Notes under the pieces: model-generated
Database searches by the model: none
Seen by the model: the letters and a program-made list of their open reading frames with translations, nothing else
Told to the model about the DNA's origin: nothing
Program-made: the position numbers and the translations under genes
Assembly: GCA_032718475.1 (NCBI GenBank)
Contig: JAUCBJ010001095.1
Location: forward strand, 1-64,000
Length of the DNA stretch: 64,000 bases
Source: Nemertoderma westbladi
Taxonomy: Eukaryota > Animalia > Xenacoelomorpha
Direction of reading: 5' to 3'
Shown here: one piece after another, positions 12,291 to 23,200 of the stretch
Position numbering within the stretch: position 1 is the stretch's first letter
Layout: the number at the start of each line of letters is the position of its first letter

Positions 12291-13453
12291 ATTATTTTTG
12301 CTATTGGCAAAAATTGTAAATTTTTATACAATTGTACAAATTTTAAGCTGCAGGGCATATCAATTCAGATATAGCAAATCCAGAAAAATCCCGATATTTT
12401 TCCTTGCAACACTAATGCACACATATCCAAGCTTGACACGTGAACAAAGCCGCCTCCAATGGTCATAGTCAATGCAACCATGTGGGGCTTCGTTATCGGC
12501 TGGGGTTAATCTGGTTCGTTGTTGGAAAGTTGAGCGAAGTACATTTAATACGTAGACCCTATATTAATCCGCTAACAACAATTATGGCTTCAGTCTGAGC
12601 GACGTACATAATGTACGTTTGGAAAACGCCCTTCCGATGAATTCTCCCAATATTGATTAGACCTTCCAATATGTCAATCATTCCAATTATTTCGCAGTAT
12701 GTCAATCATTGCATTTTTTCGCACTCTCTCCAATATTAATTAGCCACTTCGTGTGTCCACAAAACGAATCACAGAAAGGGCCTACACAACGTTTCGAGTA
12801 GGTAAACGCGTTTCATTATAGGCATACAGTACACGTCGATAAAATGTGCTTTAAAAACATTGATGCTGATCCGTGACATAATTTATTAGCAACTTAATGG
12901 CGTTTAAGAGAACGGCTTCCTTTTATATAATTAATTGGAAGCGCCAATATCTTTTGATTAAACACAAGCTAACACATTTGATGTCTTCATACTGTAGATA
13001 GTCAAAAGTAAAAATCAAATTGGATAGGCTAAGAAATTACTTACAATGGGAATTTATGTAGAACTAGAAATTATAATAATATTTCCTTCCACGAAAATAT
13101 TATTCTAAATTTTTATTGTAGGTCTAACCCCGACTAAATAGTTGGTTAAAAAAATAAGTGGTTTAACTATTGGGAAGGATGTTTACCTTATCTAACAATG
13201 GCAAAGAAACGTTAACGTACAGCCCTGGTTCGAACCTCACGTAGTCGTTTGCATAACTTTTATACAAAAACTATTTTGATGTCTTCATCTCAAAATAACG
13301 TTGAAATAATAGGTCAACTCTAATTTATTAGATAAGCTTACTTTTATTTAACAGCGTTAGAATAAAAGGGAGGAAATAATACCCATTTAGGAATAAATTA
13401 ATTCTTATATAACTGATATATATACTGTATATATCGCCAGCGTTAATTACATA

Positions 13454-13684
13454 ATGGGCGACATAAATCTGAGATATATAATCCCGCTGCTTCTGATGCT
13501 GTTCTTAATGGTAACGTTTAGTCACGGTGAAGAGGTCGTAGATGTTGTGGCACGTGGTCCTCACGGTGAAGAGGTCGTTGATGTTGTGGCACGTGGGCCT
13601 CATGCTCATGGAGAACAGATCGTAAATCTTGAAGCTCGGAATTCGTTGCCACCCACAGCCTTCCCCGGAATCAATAGTGGATAA
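13454..13684 (+). CDS. Putative small secreted peptide precursor (76 aa)
   Basis: Hydrophobic signal peptide (IIPLLLMLFLMVTFS), two 13-aa repeats HGEEVVDVVARGP, a third diverged copy ending LEAR, and a C-terminal Gly before the stop. The two nucleotide differences between the repeats are both synonymous. Confidence 0.65.
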   Translation: MGDINLRYIIPLLLMLFLMVTFSHGEEVVDVVARGPHGEEVVDVVARGPHAHGEQIVNLEARNSLPPTAFPGINSG

Positions 13685-13758
13685 ACACATTTACTACAAC
13701 TAAATAGGTTCAATTGTAGGTAATGTACAGTATAAGTTGTTAACAGTAATGGTGGTTG

Positions 13759-14003
13759 TGTAGCGGTAACAGATATCGAACCGTGAGATACTTTCACTTT
13801 CGACGGACAACATACTGCTGTCCGTGTCAGTCTTCATATTACACTCATACCGGTACTACCATTTACTGGTTTTATATATGTACCTACCGGTGCCACACCA
13901 ACTGTCCTGGTGACAACATAGTACATGTTCCTGACTGTGATATATTACTGTATTACGTTGAAATGATGTGAGTCGCGCTAATGCGAGAATCGCGCTCACT
14001 ACA
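13759..14003 (+). repeat. 5' LTR (245 bp)
   Basis: Matches 17961-18205 except for one substitution seen (CCAACTG vs CCAGCTG). Confidence 0.97.
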
Positions 14004-14004
14004 T

Positions 14005-14017
14005 TGGTGACCCAGAC
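14005..14017 (+). promoter_or_regulatory. Primer-binding site, tRNA-Trp-like
   Basis: TGGTGACCCAGAC 1 nt after the LTR, versus the canonical tRNA-Trp complement TGGTGACCCCGAC. Confidence 0.8.
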
Positions 14018-14076
14018 TGACGCAAACGGGTTTGCGTCAATACAGCAAAATACATCTGTTTATACATAACTGCATA

Positions 14077-14799
14077 ATGGCTAACGAGGCAAATGTCAAC
14101 GCGGTTGGAGTTAAACTGCCACACTTCTGGGCCGAAAACCCGTCGGTATGGTTTGCCCAGGTGGAGGCCCAGTTTAGCATCCGGAGGATCGTCGACGACA
14201 CGACTAAATACTTCTACGTTGTCGCCGCTCTGGATCAACCCACCGCCGCCCGTCTACTGGACATCCTCACCGCCCCGCCTTCCGAAGGGAAATACGAATC
14301 CCTCAAGGCTCGACTCCTCGGAACTTTCGCCTTGAGTCGACGCGAGCGCGCCGCGAAGCTGCTGCGGATGCGCGGGCTGGGCGACCGCAAGCCGTCCCAG
14401 TTGATGGACGAGATGTTGGGGCTCCTCGCCGGCCATACTCCGTGTCTGCTGTTCGAGCAGCTCTTTCTGGAACAGCTCCCCGAGGACATCCGGCTCCAGG
14501 TCTCCAACAACTCTTTCGCGGATCCCCGCGCCCTGGCTGCCACCGCCGACGTTCTGTGGCTAGCCAAACAGCAGGGAGTCTCCCAACCAGCCGGATTAAA
14601 CCGGGTGACGAACTCACTACCGACGAAGAACTCCTCCGCGCCGCAACCCACGAAGGCGACCACGAACTCATCCGGTAGGCCTACTGCTCGACCCGACACC
14701 GACGGGTTGTGCTACTACCACGCCCGGTTTGGTAGTGCCGCCAAGCAGTGCCGGTCGCCGTGCAGCTTCCCGGGAAACGCTCCGACCAGCCGACGCTAG
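14077..14799 (+). CDS. gag: Gag
   Basis: ATG at 14077; KLPHFW...[10 protein letters not shown]-terminus and [18 protein letters not shown] (CHCC) knuckle. Confidence 0.93.
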   Translation: MANEANVNAVGVKLPHFWAENPSVWFAQVEAQFSIRRIVDDTTKYFYVVAALDQPTAARLLDILTAPPSEGKYESLKARLLGTFALSRRERAAKLLRMRGLGDRKPSQLMDEMLGLLAGHTPCLLFEQLFLEQLPEDIRLQVSNNSFADPRALAATADVLWLAKQQGVSQPAGLNRVTNSLPTKNSSAPQPTKATTNSSGRPTARPDTDGLCYYHARFGSAAKQCRSPCSFPGNAPTSRR

Positions 14800-14833
14800 C
14801 CGCTGCGTCGACTGGTCGCTACCACCAGCGGGA
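14772..14833 (+). promoter_or_regulatory. -1 ribosomal frameshift signal (slippery heptamer plus stem-loop/pseudoknot)
   Basis: G GGA AAC at 14772-14778 in the gag/pol overlap. Stem CGACCAG-C-CGACGC pairs with GCGTCG-A-CTGGTCG; loop CCGCT is complementary to downstream AGCGG. Confidence 0.8.
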
Positions 14834-17800
14834 CAACCTCCTCTACCTCTGGGACCGAAACTCCGGCCGCCACTTCCTCGTGGACACCGGCGCCCAGGTG
14901 AGCGTGTTTCCCGCCAGCGGATTTGACACCCGTTCCGGTCGTACCGGACCGCCGCTCCGCGCCGTCAACGGATCACCGATCCGTTCCTACGGAACCCGCG
15001 GAGTTCCTCTGCGGTTCAACGGCCGCCAGTTCAACTGGGACTTCGTGATCGCGGACGTCCCCCAGCCGTTGCTAGGGGCGGACTTCCTCTGCGACCACGC
15101 CCTGATGGTGGACGTCAAGGGGCAGCAACTCATCGACATGGAAACCTTCCAGCCGATCCCCCTCCGTTGCTCCTCCTCCACCATCCCAGGAACCCACCCT
15201 CAACTCGCGTCGACAGCCGTAGATCGAGTCTACGCCGACCTCCTGGCGGAGTTCTCCTCCATCACGACGCCGACCTTCTCGGACTCGTCTACTCGCCACG
15301 GCGTGGAGCATTACATCCCGACCGCCGGTCGCCCCGTCCACGCCCGCGCTCGACGACTCCCGCCGGATAAACTCGAGATCGCGCGGGCGGAGTTCAGCAA
15401 GATGGAGGAGATGGGGATTATTCGCCGTTCGAATAGTCCCTGGTCGTCTCCCCTCCATATGGCGCCCAAGCCGGCCGGGGGTTGGCGCCCCTGCGGGGAC
15501 TACCGTCTCCTCAACGACGCCACGACCCCCGATCGCTACCCAGTCCCGCACATCCAGGACTTCTCGGCGCGTCTCGCCGGGGCCACGATCTTCTCTAAGG
15601 TCGACCTGGTGCGGGGCTACCACCAGATCCCCGTGGCCCCCGGCGACGTTCCCAAGACCGCCGTTATCACTCCGTTCGGACTCTTCGAGTTTGTCCGGAT
15701 GCCGTTCGGCCTCAAGAACGCCGCCCAGGCCTTCCAACGCCTGATGGACTCCGTCTGCGCTGGGTTGGACTTCCTCTTCGCGTACCTGGACGACATTCTC
15801 ATCGCAAGCGCGACCCCCGAGGAACACCTCGTACACCTCCGCCAACTCTTCCAACGACTCCAGGACAACGGCCTCATCGTCAACCTGGCGAAGTGCGAGT
15901 TCGGGGTGGCGGAGATCCAGTTCCTCGGACACATCGTCAACGAGTCCGGAGTCCATCCGCTCCCGGACAAGGTGGAAGCCGTCCGCTCCTTCCCTTGTCC
16001 AACCACCACTAAAGGGTTGCGGGAATTTATCGGTATGGTCACGTTTTACCACCGATTTATTCCCGCAGCTGCTGCCACCATGCAGCCCCTTTATGCCGCC
16101 GTCGCCACCAAGGTTAAGGACGTCGACTGGACTCCCGAACTCACCGCCGCGTTCGAGTCCTCCAAGCGGGCCCTCGCGGACGCCACCATGCTCGTCCACC
16201 CCCGCCACGACGCCCCAACCTCCATCACCACCGACGCCTCCGACTCCGCAGTCGGCGCGGCCCTCGAACAGTGGTCCGATGGGAAGTGGCGGCCGCTCGC
16301 CTTCTTCAGCCGCCAACTCCGCCCTCCGGAACGGAAGTACAGCGCCTACGACCGCGAACTCCTCGGCCTGTACCTCGCGGTCCGCCACTTCCGGTATTTC
16401 CTAGAGGGCCGTCCGTTTGTGGCCTATACGGACCACAAACCGCTGACCCACGCGTTCGCCAAGGTCACTGACCCCTGGTCTCCCCGTCAACAGCGCCACC
16501 TGGCGTACATATCTGAGTTCACCACAAATGTACGTCATGTTGACGGGAAGGACAACCAGGTGGCGGACGCCCTCTCCCGCAGTTTCGTGGGCCACCTGTC
16601 GACCCAACTCGGGGTCGACTACACCGCCATGGCGGCCGCCCAGCGGGAGGACAACGAACTCCAGACCCTCCGGAGAAACCCAGGTAGCCTTGACCTGCGT
16701 GACGTCACGTTCATGGAGAAGGACGTCACGCTTCTCTGCGACGTCTCGACTGGCCAACCCCGGCCGCTCGTCCCGAGTTCGTGGCGCCGTCGCGTGTTCG
16801 ACGTAGTCCACTCCCTGTCCCATCCGTCCATCCGCTCAACTCGGAAGCTCATCTCGGAGCGCTTTGTCTGGCACGGCCTCGCCAAACAGGTAACCGCCTG
16901 GGCCAAGGCCTGCGTCGCCTGCCAGACCTCCAAGGTTCAGCGCCATACGAAGACTCCACTGGAGACCTTCACTGTCCCACGTCGTCGCTTCGACCACGTT
17001 AACGTCGACCTGGTAGGTCCCCTCCCTCCATCCCAAGGGTTCACCTACCTCTTCACCATCGTCGACCGGACGACGCGTTGGCCCGAGGCCATTCCGCTCG
17101 CCGACTCAACAACCGAGACCTGCGCCCGCGCTCTCGTCGCCCACTGGATCGCCCGGTTCGGCGTCCCGGCCGAGCTCTCCTCCGACCGTGGCGCCCAGTT
17201 CACCTCGGAGTTGTGGTCCGAAGTCAACCGCCTCCTCGGGACGAAACTCCACCGGACCACGTCGTACCACCCGCAGGCAAACGGTCTGGTGGAACGGTTC
17301 CACCGCTCCCTCAAGGCGTCCCTGAGGGCCCGACTAACCGGCCCCAACTGGGTGGATGAACTGCCCTGGGCCCTTCTCGGCAACCGGACCGCCCCAAAGG
17401 AAGACCTGAACTGCTCCTCGGCTGAGTTGGTGTACGGCTCACCACTAACGGTGCCCGGTGACTTCGTCGCCTCGCCAACCAATCCACCGGAATCCACAGC
17501 CTTCCTTCAGGACCTCCACAAACACGCGAGGCAGTTCGTGCCGACACCAACCTCGCGACACGGGAAACCCGGCTCATCTGTGCCTCCTCAGCTGAGTACA
17601 AGCGAGTACGTCTTTGTGCGTAATGACGCACACCGCGGCCCCTTACAGCGGCCCTACACTGGGCCGTATAAAGTAGCGGAACGGGGGCCCAAAACATTCA
17701 TCGTCGAGGTGGGTGGTCGGCGCGAAACTATATCCGTCGACAGACTAAAACCGGCCCACCTCGCGATCGACCAGCCCGTTGCAGTGGCCGTCCCGCCACG

Positions 17801-17939
17801 CCGTGGTCGACCACCCACTGCCAGTACCACCCCGGCTGAACCTCCTACTCCCTCACCCCACCAAGCGGAAACTCCGTCCGAACTTCCCGTAACTACTCGA
17901 AGTGGGCGGGAAATCCGACAGCCGAAGTATTTTTTTTAA
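14772..17939 (+). CDS. pol: Pol polyprotein (protease, RT, RNase H, integrase), expressed by frameshift
   Basis: LVDTGA protease, YLDD RT, TDAS RNase H, HHCC plus DDE integrase, GPY motif; uninterrupted frame. Confidence 0.96.
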   Translation, partial: GKRSDQPTLAAASTGRYHQRDNLLYLWDRNSGRHFLVDTGAQVSVFPASGFDTRSGRTGPPLRAVNGSPIRSYGTRGVPLRFNGRQFNWDFVIADVPQPLLGADFLCDHALMVDVKGQQLIDMETFQPIPLRCSSSTIPGTHPQLASTAVDRVYADLLAEFSSITTPTFSDSSTRHGVEHYIPTAGRPVHARARRLPPDKLEIARAEFSKMEEMGIIRRSNSPWSSPLHMAPKPAGGWRPCGDYRLLNDATTPDRYPVPHIQDFSARLAGATIFSKVDLVRGYHQIPVAPGDVPKTAVITPFGLFEFVRMPFGLKNAAQAFQRLMDSVCAGLDFLFAYLDDILIASATPEEHLVHLRQLFQRLQDNGLIVNLAKCEFGVAEIQFLGHIVNESGVHPLPDKVEAVRSFPCPTTTKGLREFIGMVTFYHRFIPAAAATMQPLYAAVATKVKDVDWTPELTAAFESSKRALADATMLVHPRHDAPTSITTDASDSAVGAALEQWSDGKWRPLAFFSRQLRPPERKYSAYDRELLGLYLAVRHFRYFLEGRPFVAYTDHKPLTHAFAKVTDPWSPRQQRHLAYISEFTTNVRHVDGKDNQVADALSRSFVGHLSTQLGVDYTAMAAAQREDNELQTLRRNPGSLDLRDVTFMEKDVTLLCDVSTGQPRPLVPSSWRRRVFDVVHSLSHPSIRSTRKLISERFVWHGLAKQVTAWAKACVACQTSKVQRHTKTPLETFTVPRRRFDHVNVDLVGPLPPSQGFTYLFTIVDRTTRWPEAIPLADSTTETCARALVAHWIARFGVPAELSSDRGAQFTSELWSEVNRLLGTKLHRTTSYHPQANGLVERFHRSLKASLRARLTGPNWVDELPWALLGNRTAPKEDLNCSSAELVYGSPLTVPGDFVASPTNPPESTAFLQDLHKHARQFVPTPTSRHGKPGSSVPPQLSTSEYVFVRNDAHRGPLQRPYTGPYKVAERGPKTFIVEVGGRRETISVDRLKPAHLAIDQPVAVAVPPRRGRPPTASTTPAEPPTPSPHQAETPSELPVTTRSGREIRQPKYFF

Positions 17940-17949
17940 TCACGGTTCT

Positions 17950-17960
17950 GGGGGGAGTAG
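17950..17960 (+). promoter_or_regulatory. Polypurine tract
   Basis: GGGGGGAGTAG immediately before the 3' LTR. Confidence 0.9.
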
Positions 17961-18205
17961 TGTAGCGGTAACAGATATCGAACCGTGAGATACTTTCACT
18001 TTCGACGGACAACATACTGCTGTCCGTGTCAGTCTTCATATTACACTCATACCGGTACTACCATTTACTGGTTTTATATATGTACCTACCGGTGCCACAC
18101 CAGCTGTCCTGGTGACAACATAGTACATGTTCCTGACTGTGATATATTACTGTATTACGTTGAAATGATGTGAGTCGCGCTAATGCGAGAATCGCGCTCA
18201 CTACA
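17961..18205 (+). repeat. 3' LTR (245 bp)
   Basis: Direct repeat of 13759-14003, followed by TSD GTTG. Confidence 0.97.
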
Positions 18206-18227
18206 GTTGCTTACTTCGTGTTTAAAT

Positions 18228-18831
18228 GGGGGCAGGAGTAGGAGTCACCTTTTGGAGACACCTCCAGTGTTGAATTAATGGCACAAAATGACCGCAAGCA
18301 CCAAATATGTGTTTAGTAGGTTTTAAAAACTTAAAGGGAAATGAATATGTTACTACAGTGGTGGTATTTTATAATCAAAACAATAAAAAACTTTATATCA
18401 TATGCGACCAAAATGAGCTGGAAGTCTCTTTTTTCAATTGCGGTCAATGTTCGCCACTATCTGTCAGTTAGTTTTTGGACAATTAAAGGAGTTGTTTTTA
18501 TATATATATGAGTGGAAATTTTACAGATTTATGTATTAGTTAGTTCTTATGAATCCAGCCAGCCAACTTTCTTTCAAAGTTTCAGATTTTCAGTCTAAAC
18601 GCTACATCTACGCCATTTAATAATCAGTTCGTTTGTCTTTTTACTGCTATTAAAGAAGCACCCAGCTGGAATTTTGGAGGTTTTCGTACCTGTGTCGGAA
18701 AATAATTTTTTGGTGTAAAATAATCTTACTTGGATTTTTTTTACAAATGATGATCGCCATTAAATTATGTACTAAAAATCGACAAAGCGTTTATGATTTT
18801 TTGGGTTGAAAAAGGTGAATCCCCCGCCCCC
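18228..18831. mobile_element. Decayed non-autonomous TIR element next to TTAA (Kolobok-like?)
   Basis: Left GGGGGCAGG..GGAGTCACCTTTT versus right AAAAGGTGAATCCCCCGCCCCC followed by TTAA; TIRs are imperfect. Confidence 0.4.
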
Positions 18832-19802
18832 TTAAATAGACTAATTAAAACTTACATACTAAGGTGGTTTGATACTTTTTGTTTATTTACATATTTATAA
18901 ACTTTCTTAAAGTATAAGTGTGGTATGTGGTAGTAAAACGTAGCCTACAGGTTATACCCCACCACTGACATCTCCCTCGAGTCTTATTATTATTATTATT
19001 ATTAATATTTCATAACAACATGCGCACAAAGCGCTATAGTTGAAAATTGCCCGGTTCAGATTGTGCACGGAATACTTAACATAATAATGAACATACAGTA
19101 GGTTATAATGTATGTATAGGTACCGAAAAAAGAAACCGTGAAAACCCAATCAATTTCAATTTATAACTAATATTATTATACAATACCAGACTTTTATAAT
19201 AACACATAATATCTACTAGGATTACATTAATAATTATGGAATTAATAAATGAAAACTGCGGTAGTAGCTCTAATTTATATAATACTTTCAAGGTAGGAAT
19301 TCAGACCGACGTCTAAATGCCTTAAAAACATATATGCTTAATTGCTTTGTTTTGTTCTGAGATGGTAAAGCTAATAACTCAAATAATTTACCAATTGTAG
19401 GTAATCTTGTGTATTTAGCGGGAAGAAATTTCTCCCGCAGGGGTTTATAAAGCGGACACTTCAACACGAAATGGTATTCGTCCTCAACCTCCCCCAGATC
19501 GCAAAGTTGGCACAATCTCTCGCCACGCGGAATATTGTGCCAACGACCGAGCTCGACCTGCAGACGGTGAGACGAACATCTCAACTTTGTTAATGTCCGA
19601 CGCAGGGTTGGGTAACCACTCATATAGTTTAGATACTGCTCCATACCAAACGAGTGTTTAACATACCACAAACTACGTGAGGTTGAGGTACTAGCTAAAT
19701 TAGTCCACCATGTTTGAATGAAATTATCTTTTACTATTTGCGATAGCTGACTTATAAGTATTTTAGAATCGGGAACAAATTGACTATCCCATATGTAGTT
19801 TA

Positions 19803-20217
19803 ACTTAGGTTTTGGATTAACCGGAACGACGTTTTACGTGGCGTATTCATAATTACAGGATTAATAAAGGCAAGGAAGGGTCTTTCACCACGTGGATATA
19901 TAAAAATTGAAGTTAATTATTTACCGTATGGCCATTTCACCCTCGCGGGCGTCTTCAGCGGTATATTCAATTAAAATCGCGTTAAAATATAATTAAATTT
20001 AAAAATTAGTTCACAATTTAAAAGTTTAGGGTACCTGCCAAGCAGCATTTACAGTAAATAATGGGAAATTTACATTGAAATAATTAGGGGACTAATTAAA
20101 ACAGTGAAACGTTGTGAGTACCGGTAGTGCAGTTGCATAGTTGTGGTGGGGCTACAGCGCTACAGCCTAAGCACTGACTGCCTGTCATCAGGCTGCATAC
20201 GTGTACCGTGTGTACGG
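19803..20217 (-). mobile_element. 415-bp insertion with 11-bp TSD, Penelope-like pseudo-LTR or retrozyme-type
   Basis: TATGTAGTTTA duplicated at 19792-19802 and 20218-20228. Removing the insert restores the LINE frame GAGLNYIWDSQFVPDSK. No TIRs; contains a hammerhead motif. Confidence 0.8.
19922..19963 (-). ncRNA. Minimal type I hammerhead ribozyme
   Basis: Minus strand: TACCG CTGAAGA C GCCC-GCGA-GGGT GAAA TGGCCAT A CGGTA. This gives stem I TACCG/CGGTA, core CUGAAGA/GAAA, stem II with a GNRA loop, palindromic stem III ATGGCCAT and an AUA cleavage triplet. Confidence 0.82.
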
Positions 20218-23200
20218 TATGTAGTTTAGTCCTGCGCCATACAACAAATCACGTACATTCGAGACCCAGTTAGTTGTCCCATGTTTTTCAGAGTCTTCCA
20301 ACAGTAAAAGGTAAGCCTGTTTCACTAAGCGGGAGTCTGGCAACCCTAGAATTTTCATCCAATATTTAATAATACGGGTACGCCTAGATATAAACAAGGG
20401 AAATACTCCTGATTCACCATACACTAAACAATCAGGAGTGCTCGATTTAATCCCTAACATATACTTCAAAAATTTAAGCTGTACACGTTCGCAGTGGTGC
20501 GCAGAGTTAAATCCCCATACCTCACTACCATTCTCGAGAACAGAGGCCTTACGAGTGTGTTGAATATATGCAGTTTAAGGTCGACCGAAATATTTGGGAA
20601 CTTGTGTAAGTACTTTAACGTTGCAAAGTATGCCTTCATACCCTTTTCCGCTAATAAAGACTGCGCATAATTAAAGCTACCCCCAGTGCTAAAAGCTATA
20701 CCTAAGTATGTATATGACCCAGAGACCTCCAACACATTCCCCTGGAACATCCACTCCTCATGCCCGGCTAGCACTCCACCTTTACGGAATACAATAATCT
20801 TGGATTTTTTTTATGTTAACATTTAAGCCCCAATACCTAGAGTAATCGCCAAGAACGTCAAGCGCCATCTGGAGGCCATTTACAGAATTGCTAATAAGTA
20901 CTACGTCGTCAGCGTACAATAAAAGGAAGAGTTTTAACACACCAACATCAATACCTTCAACTCCCCTGCCAGCTAACTCCGATTCAAGATCATTTATGAA
21001 CAGTGCGAACAGTAGAGGAGAGAGGCACTCACCTTGCCGCACTCCAACCAGACATTCAAACTCTGTATAAAATGCACCCAGTACTCTAACCCTAGATTTA
21101 GCCGCAGCATACATACTTTGGATAATTTTTAGTACTTTACCCGAAAATCCCAGCGCTATTAGCTTACACCATAGCGCAGACCTATTTTATTATAGAGTCG
21201 AACGCCTTTTGAAAATCAATAAACGCACAATATAGTTTTTTATGCGAGCCGTTGTTAAGTTTATGGTTAATTATTGCATTAAGAATAAATAATTGATCTA
21301 TTGTACTGTACCCGTGTCTAAACCCAGCCTGCGCCTCAATAATTACACCAAAACAGTCGGCCCACCACTGTAACCTATTATTAAGTATAGTTGTGAAAAT
21401 TTTGCCTAGGACATTTAGTAAAGAGATCCCCCTAAAGTTGTCGGGGTCATCGGTACCGCCCTTACCCTTATATAATGCTATAATGTTTGCCAGTCCCCAC
21501 TGTTCCGGATAATAACTAGACGATAACACTGCATTAAATATTGCAGTTAATACAGTTACGAGATGTTTAGAACCAACTATAAAAACTTCCGGACCACAGT
21601 TGTCAGGGCCCGGGGATTTGCCACGTTTAAGCTTGCCAATGACGTCAAGTACTTCGTTCTCGGTAATGGCGTCACCCAGCATATTATCAAAAATAACTTT
21701 ACTCTCAGAAAACTCTAATGTAGGTTTAGCCTGAGTGCCCGCATCTACAAAGACGAAGTCATTCCCAGCATTAAGCTTACGAAAGTGTTCAGACAGCACA
21801 TTCAAATTGCAGCCCTTATAGTCTGCAGAATTTCCCGAAGCCGCCTTCAGTAATTTCCAAAATTTCTTAGAGTCGGCCTCACGATATTCCGCTAACTTAT
21901 TGGATGCCTGTCGGTTGTAAATAAACTTAGCGCTCCTGAGGGATTTTGCATATGTACCTCTTGCTCGTGCAAGATGACCATACGTAACATCGCCAGGGTC
22001 AGTTTTAAAACGGTTTAGAGCCTGTCTGAAAATTATTTTTGATTGGCGGCATAACTCATTGAACCAGGGGTGATGAGATTGCGGTAAATTTGCATCAGTA
22101 CCGCCAGGGGGCGTCTTTACATCTGTGCTTTTACTACAAACGTCATTTACAATGTCCGTAAATTTATTTACTAAACTATTAACCTTTGATTGTGAGTATT
22201 TGCCGTCGATAGCAGCATCCAGAAGGGAGTCTAGTTCAGACACAACTTTGGGTGATTCCAAAACATGACAAAACTTACTTTCGGAACGAGTATTCCAAAC
22301 TTTCTTAAGTATTGTAGCTGTATTTGGATCATTACCATTGCCGTCATTAATAGGATTATCCATACCTAAGCCAGCAACCACATTTGGCGTTACAAGTAAA
22401 TTTCCTAAAGAACTGGTAGAGACGGTCTTGTTAGCAAAACCAATCGTTAAAATACTGTGTTTAGAATACTCGTTGGGGCAGTCAATGGAGAAAAAATTAA
22501 TATAACGCGCTAACCCAACTTTAGCCAGTAAGTAATCTATGGAAGAGTGCCCAGTCTGTCCGGAGTGCAGGTGAGTATGAAATGTAAATTCACCAATTCC
22601 CTCGTCATTCCCTAATCTGCCATTCATAATTCTAAGTCCACTACATTTACACAGTTGCAATAATCTACGCCCATACGCATTACATACTTTGTCCCTGTTA
22701 ACCCTGAAGCGAGGTAAATGTCCCCAATCTTCAGAGGAGTCATATACATAGTCTAGTGCGTAGTAAATTACTAATCGGGTCGAATTCAGAATCCTCGTCT
22801 ACATAGTCCAGTCTATTACCAGTTCTACTATTCAGGTCACCTAAAACAACAAAATCCATGTCATCATAGAAACTAATACTTGACTCCACTACATCGAACA
22901 TGGATATACTGTCACCCCCGTGAGAGGTGGAACCCAACGGTGGAATATAAATCGCACAAATTACAAGATCCCTGTCAAAACCGAAACGGTCCTTGTTTAA
23001 ACGGAGCCAAATCGTGTCTTCCTGTAAAAAATCATTACACTGTGTAATATTATTAGCATAAATTTCTTTATAATAGATTACAATACCACCGCTATACCGC
23101 TTTGCAGCGCGATGTTTAAACTTCCTAGAGTTAATTATCGTCTTATAACCAGTACATTCAATGTTTACCAAAGAATTAGGGCTTAACCATGTCTCCGAGC

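Larger units (their letters stand above)
13759..18205 (+). mobile_element. Full-length Ty3/Gypsy LTR retrotransposon, CsRn1-like clade
   Basis: 245-bp TGTAG...CTACA LTRs, 4-bp TSD GTTG (13755-13758 and 18206-18209), tRNA-Trp-like PBS, PPT, and intact gag (CHCC motif) and pol (PR-RT-RH-IN order). Confidence 0.97.

Noticed and set aside
13195-13245. GGTTCGAACC B-box (tRNA or SINE head)
   Set aside because: No convincing A-box or cloverleaf.
13756-13971. Cys/Tyr-rich ORFs at 13756 and 17985
   Set aside because: They lie within the LTRs and have non-ATG starts; incidental.
15072-17697. Long antisense and alternate-frame ORFs within Gypsy pol (e.g. 438 aa at 15072-16388)
   Set aside because: Expected from the high GC content and codon bias of pol; no recognisable domains.
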